From assembly GCF_003334405.1 (NCBI RefSeq), contig NZ_QOWM01000004.1: a stretch of DNA of 64,000 nt. One strand, 5' to 3'. The notes below the pieces were generated by a model, which saw only the letters and a list, made by a program, of their open reading frames with translations, ran no database searches and was not told the origin of the DNA. Below are positions 59,486-64,000 of this stretch, piece by piece; within the stretch, counting starts at the first letter, position 1; every line of letters begins with the position of its first letter. A program made the translations under genes and the position numbers. This DNA is from Escherichia coli (GTDB lineage: Bacteria > Pseudomonadota > Gammaproteobacteria > Enterobacterales > Enterobacteriaceae).

Positions 59486-61275
59486 GCACTCAGTACGAAA
59501 CTCAGGGATACACCATCAATAATGCCGGACGCCGCCTGGTGGTCGACCCGATTACGCGCATCGAAGGCCACATGCGCTGCGAAGTGAATATTAACGATCA
59601 GAATGTGATCACCAATGCCGTCTCCTGCGGCACCATGTTTCGCGGGCTGGAGATCATCCTACAAGGGCGCGACCCGCGCGATGCGTGGGCGTTCGTTGAA
59701 CGTATCTGCGGCGTCTGTACTGGCGTACACGCCCTGGCTTCGGTTTACGCCATCGAAGATGCTATCGGTATTAAAGTGCCGGACAACGCCAATATCATCC
59801 GCAACATTATGCTGGCAACGCTCTGGTGCCACGATCATCTGGTGCACTTCTATCAGCTTGCCGGGATGGACTGGATCGATGTGTTAGATGCGCTGAAAGC
59901 CGACCCGCGGAAAACCTCCGAACTGGCGCAAAGTCTCTCCTCTTGGCCGAAATCATCCCCTGGCTATTTCTTCGACGTACAAAACCGCCTGAAAAAATTT
60001 GTTGAAGGCGGGCAGTTGGGGATCTTCCGCAATGGCTACTGGGGGCACCCGCAGTACAAACTGCCGCCAGAAGCTAACCTGATGGGCTTTGCCCACTATC
60101 TCGAAGCTCTCGATTTCCAGCGTGAAATTGTCAAAATCCACGCGGTCTTTGGCGGTAAAAACCCGCATCCAAACTGGATTGTCGGCGGGATGCCTTGCGC
60201 CATCAACATTGACGAAAGCGGCGCGGTCGGGGCAGTCAATATGGAACGCCTGAACCTGGTGCAGTCAATTATCACCCGCACGGCGGACTTCATTAACAAC
60301 GTGATGATCCCCGACGCCTTAGCCATCGGTCAGTTCAACAAACCGTGGAGCGAAATCGGCACTGGTCTTTCTGATAAATGCGTTCTCAGCTACGGCGCAT
60401 TCCCGGATATTGCCAACGACTTTGGCGAGAAAAGTCTGCTGATGCCTGGCGGCGCGGTGATTAACGGCGACTTCAACAATGTGCTGCCAGTGGATTTGGT
60501 TGATCCGCAGCAGGTGCAGGAGTTTGTCGACCACGCCTGGTATCGATATCCCAACGATCAGGTCGGGCGTCATCCGTTCGATGGCATCACCGACCCGTGG
60601 TACAACCCCGGCGATGTCAAAGGCAGCGATACCAACATTCAGCAGCTGAATGAACAGGAACGCTACTCGTGGATCAAAGCGCCACGCTGGCGCGGTAACG
60701 CGATGGAAGTGGGGCCGCTGGCGCGCACGTTAATCGCTTATCACAAAGGCGATGCTGCGACCGTTGAGTCGGTCGATCGCATGATGTCGGCGTTGAACCT
60801 GCCGCTTTCCGGTATCCAGTCAACGTTAGGCCGCATTTTGTGCCGCGCGCACGAAGCGCAGTGGGCCGCAGGTAAGTTGCAGTATTTCTTCGACAAGCTG
60901 ATGACCAACCTGAAAAACGGCAATCTCGCCACTGCTTCCACGGAAAAATGGGAACCTGCAACCTGGCCGACAGAGTGCCGTGGTGTCGGTTTTACCGAAG
61001 CGCCGCGCGGGGCGTTAGGCCACTGGGCCGCCATTCGCGATGGCAAGATTGATCTCTACCAGTGCGTGGTGCCGACCACCTGGAACGCCAGCCCGCGCGA
61101 TCCCAAAGGGCAGATTGGCGCTTATGAAGCTGCGCTGATGAACACCAAAATGGCGATCCCCGAGCAACCGCTGGAGATCCTGCGTACTCTGCACAGCTTT
61201 GACCCGTGCCTCGCCTGTTCAACACACGTGCTGGGCGACGACGGTAGCGAGCTGATCTCCGTGCAGGTGCGTTAA
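59482..61275 (+). CDS. hyaB: Hydrogenase 1 large subunit ([NiFe])
   Basis: 597-aa ORF with N-terminal [10 protein letters not shown] and C-terminal DPCLACSTH motifs; ATGA overlap with hyaA. Confidence 0.97.
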   Translation: MSTQYETQGYTINNAGRRLVVDPITRIEGHMRCEVNINDQNVITNAVSCGTMFRGLEIILQGRDPRDAWAFVERICGVCTGVHALASVYAIEDAIGIKVPDNANIIRNIMLATLWCHDHLVHFYQLAGMDWIDVLDALKADPRKTSELAQSLSSWPKSSPGYFFDVQNRLKKFVEGGQLGIFRNGYWGHPQYKLPPEANLMGFAHYLEALDFQREIVKIHAVFGGKNPHPNWIVGGMPCAINIDESGAVGAVNMERLNLVQSIITRTADFINNVMIPDALAIGQFNKPWSEIGTGLSDKCVLSYGAFPDIANDFGEKSLLMPGGAVINGDFNNVLPVDLVDPQQVQEFVDHAWYRYPNDQVGRHPFDGITDPWYNPGDVKGSDTNIQQLNEQERYSWIKAPRWRGNAMEVGPLARTLIAYHKGDAATVESVDRMMSALNLPLSGIQSTLGRILCRAHEAQWAAGKLQYFFDKLMTNLKNGNLATASTEKWEPATWPTECRGVGFTEAPRGALGHWAAIRDGKIDLYQCVVPTTWNASPRDPKGQIGAYEAALMNTKMAIPEQPLEILRTLHSFDPCLACSTHVLGDDGSELISVQVR

Positions 61276-61293
61276 CAGCGAAGGAGAATCATC

Positions 61294-62001
61294 ATGCAAC
61301 AGAAAAGCGACAACGTTGTCAGCCACTATGTCTTTGAAGCGCCAGTGCGCATCTGGCACTGGTTGACGGTGTTATGCATGGCGGTGTTGATGGTCACCGG
61401 ATACTTTATCGGCAAGCCGCTACCTTCCGTCAGCGGCGAGGCGACGTATCTGTTCTATATGGGCTACATCAGGTTAATTCACTTCAGCGCCGGGATGGTT
61501 TTTACCGTGGTTTTGCTGATGCGGATCTACTGGGCTTTTGTTGGCAATCGATACTCCCGCGAGCTGTTTATCGTGCCGGTATGGCGTAAAAGCTGGTGGC
61601 AGGGCGTGTGGTATGAAATCCGCTGGTATCTGTTTCTGGCAAAACGTCCGAGTGCCGATATAGGCCATAATCCCATCGCCCAGGCGGCGATGTTCGGCTA
61701 TTTCCTGATGTCGGTCTTTATGATCATCACTGGTTTTGCGCTGTACAGCGAACACAGCCAGTACGCTATTTTTGCGCCGTTCCGTTATGTGGTGGAATTT
61801 TTCTACTGGACGGGTGGCAACTCAATGGACATTCACAGCTGGCATCGGCTGGGGATGTGGCTGATTGGCGCGTTTGTGATCGGTCATGTCTACATGGCGC
61901 TGCGTGAAGACATCATGTCCGACGACACGGTGATCTCCACCATGGTCAACGGCTACCGTAGCCACAAATTTGGCAAAATAAGTAACAAGGAGCGTTCATG
62001 A
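61294..62001 (+). CDS. hyaC: Hydrogenase 1 b-type cytochrome subunit
   Basis: 235-aa membrane protein. Confidence 0.95.
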
Positions 62002-62585
62002 GCGAGCAACGCGTGGTGGTCATGGGGCTGGGCAACCTGCTGTGGGCCGATGAAGGCTTCGGCGTGCGGGTGGCGGAACGGCTGTATGCCCATTACCACT
62101 GGCCCGAGTATGTGGAGATTGTCGATGGCGGTACTCAGGGACTGAACTTGCTGGGGTATGTCGAAAGCGCCAGCCATCTGTTGATTCTCGATGCCATTGA
62201 CTACGGGCTGGAACCTGGAACGCTGCGAACCTATGCCGGAGAACGCATTCCGGCTTATCTCAGCGCGAAGAAAATGAGCCTGCATCAGAACAGTTTCTCC
62301 GAAGTGTTGGCGCTGGCGGATATCCGCGGACATCTGCCAGCACATATTGCCCTCGTCGGTCTGCAACCCGCAATGCTCGACGACTACGGCGGTAGCCTGA
62401 GCGAACTGGCACGGGAGCAACTGCCCGCTGCGGAACAGGCGGCGCTGGCGCAGCTTGCTGCGTGGGGAATTGTGCCGCAACCGGCTAATGAATCGCGCTG
62501 TCTCAATTATGACTGTCTGTCGATGGAAAATTACGAAGGCGTTCGCTTGCGCCAGTACCGGATGACACAGGAGGAGCAGGGATGA
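61998..62585 (+). CDS. hyaD: Hydrogenase 1 maturation protease
   Basis: 195-aa ORF; ATGA overlap with hyaC. Confidence 0.94.
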
Positions 62586-62980
62586 GCAACGACACGCCAT
62601 TTGATGCGTTGTGGCAACGAATGCTGGCGCGCGGCTGGACGCCAGTCAGTGAATCCCGTCTTGACGACTGGCTTACGCAAGCGCCAGACGGCGTGGTGTT
62701 ATTAAGCAGTGACCCGAAACGCACGCCAGAGGTCAGCGATAATCCGGTAATGATTGGCGAATTACTGCGCGAGTTTCCCGACTATACATGGCAGGTGGCG
62801 ATTGCTGACCTTGAGCAGAGCGAAGCCATCGGCGATCGCTTTGGCGTCTTTCGCTTTCCTGCCACTTTAGTGTTTACCGGCGGAAACTATCGCGGCGTGC
62901 TGAATGGTATTCACCCGTGGGCGGAACTGATAAACCTGATGCGCGGGCTTGTCGAACCGCAGCAGGAGCGTGCCTCATGA
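62582..62980 (+). CDS. hyaE: Hydrogenase 1 operon protein HyaE
   Basis: 132-aa ORF; ATGA overlap with hyaD. Confidence 0.93.
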
Positions 62981-63834
62981 GCGAAACTTTTTTCCATCTG
63001 CTGGGGCCAGGAACGCAACCGAACGATGACAGTTTCAGCATGAATCCACTGCCGATCACCTGTCAGGTGAATGATGAACCGAGTATGGCGGCCCTGGAGC
63101 AATGTGCTCACAGCCCGCAGGTGATTGCGCTGTTAAACGAGTTACAACATCAACTAAGCGAACGCCAACCGCCGTTGGGCGAGGTGCTGGCAGTCGATCT
63201 GTTAAATCTCAACGCCGACGATCGTCACTTTATCAATACGCTTCTCGGGGAAGGGGAAGTGTCAGTGCGCATTCAGCAGGCTGACGACAGTGAAAGTGAA
63301 ATACAGGAGGCGATCTTCTGCGGATTATGGCGGGTGCGCAGACGTCGCGGCGAAAAGTTGCTGGAGGACAAACTGGAGGCTGGCTGCGCGCCGCTGGCGT
63401 TGTGGCAGGCGGCAACGCAAAATCTCTTGCCGACAGATTCGCTGTTACCGCCGCCCATTGATGGCCTGATGAATGGCCTACCGTTGGCGCATGAGTTACT
63501 GGCACATGTACGTAACCCCGACGCGCAGCCGCACAGCATTAATCTGACGCAATTACCCATCAGCGAGGCTGATCGGCTTTTTCTCTCACGTCTCTGTGGG
63601 CCGGGAAATATTCAGATTCGTACCATTGGCTATGGCGAGAGCTATATCAACGCCACGGGGTTACGCCATGTCTGGCATTTACGCTGTACGGACACCTTAA
63701 AAGGCCCGTTACTGGAAAGTTATGAAATCTGCCCAATACCGGAAGTGGTGCTGGCAGCGCCAGAAGATTTGGTCGACTCTGCGCAGCGGCTTAGCGAGGT
63801 ATGTCAGTGGCTGGCGGAAGCTGCACCGACGTAA
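62977..63834 (+). CDS. hyaF: Hydrogenase 1 operon protein HyaF
   Basis: 285-aa product from ATG 62977 ([20 protein letters not shown]...); ATGA overlap with hyaE. Confidence 0.93.
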   Translation: MSETFFHLLGPGTQPNDDSFSMNPLPITCQVNDEPSMAALEQCAHSPQVIALLNELQHQLSERQPPLGEVLAVDLLNLNADDRHFINTLLGEGEVSVRIQQADDSESEIQEAIFCGLWRVRRRRGEKLLEDKLEAGCAPLALWQAATQNLLPTDSLLPPPIDGLMNGLPLAHELLAHVRNPDAQPHSINLTQLPISEADRLFLSRLCGPGNIQIRTIGYGESYINATGLRHVWHLRCTDTLKGPLLESYEICPIPEVVLAAPEDLVDSAQRLSEVCQWLAEAAPT

Positions 63835-63967
63835 AAAGACGGTAAGTATCGCTTTCAGTCTTATGAATATCGCAATCGGCGAATACCTCTGGTCGTAGAG
63901 TTTCAGGATAAAGAGGGAGATCTACCATTATCGGGTTATTTTTCTCTCTTCGCCTACAGGAGTGCGC

Positions 63968-64000
63968 ATGTGGGATGTCATTGATTTATCGCGCTGGCAG
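63968..64000 (+). CDS. appC: Cytochrome bd-II oxidase subunit I, 5' end only (runs off window)
   Basis: ATG at 63968 preceded by aggag RBS; MWDVIDLSRWQ resembles the CydA/AppC N-terminus; position after hyaF. Confidence 0.75.
   Translation, partial: MWDVIDLSRWQ

Overview
This window is a gene-dense stretch of Escherichia coli K-12-type core chromosome, identified by recognising the encoded proteins and their order (about 57 protein genes and one tRNA). Gene order is: cmoM(3' part)-mukF-mukE-mukB-ldtD-mepK-gloC | aspC, ompF, asnS, pncB (minus) | pepN | ssuEADCB (minus) | elfADCG-ycbUVF-pyrD-zapC | ycbX (minus) | rlmL-uup-pqiABC-rmf | fabA, ycbZ (minus) | matP | ompA, sulA (minus) | sxy | yccS, yccF (minus) | helD | mgsA, yccT (minus) | yccU | hspQ, rlmI (minus) | yccX | tusE, yccA, serT (minus) | hyaABCDEF-appC(5' end). 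I found no IS element, transposase, integrase, prophage gene, CRISPR array or rRNA, and I cannot honestly point to a previously undescribed system here. The one real anomaly is a +1 frameshift in ssuB: a T5 run at 20201-20205 (A5 on the coding strand) puts the start codon with the first 23 codons and the Walker-A motif in different frames. Every other gene gives a full-length ORF. Other points of note are the low-GC cryptic elf/ycb chaperone-usher fimbrial cluster behind a very AT-rich control region, several operator sites that can be read directly (LexA at sulA, OmpR at ompF, FabR and FadR at fabA, NadR at pncB, a PurR-like box at pyrD), a REP pair, hairpin terminators, and the 55-aa rmf gene, which falls below the ORF-track cutoff. 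Gene names, protein lengths and operator consensus sequences are from memory and not database-checked; coordinates, motifs and the frameshift were read from the sequence.
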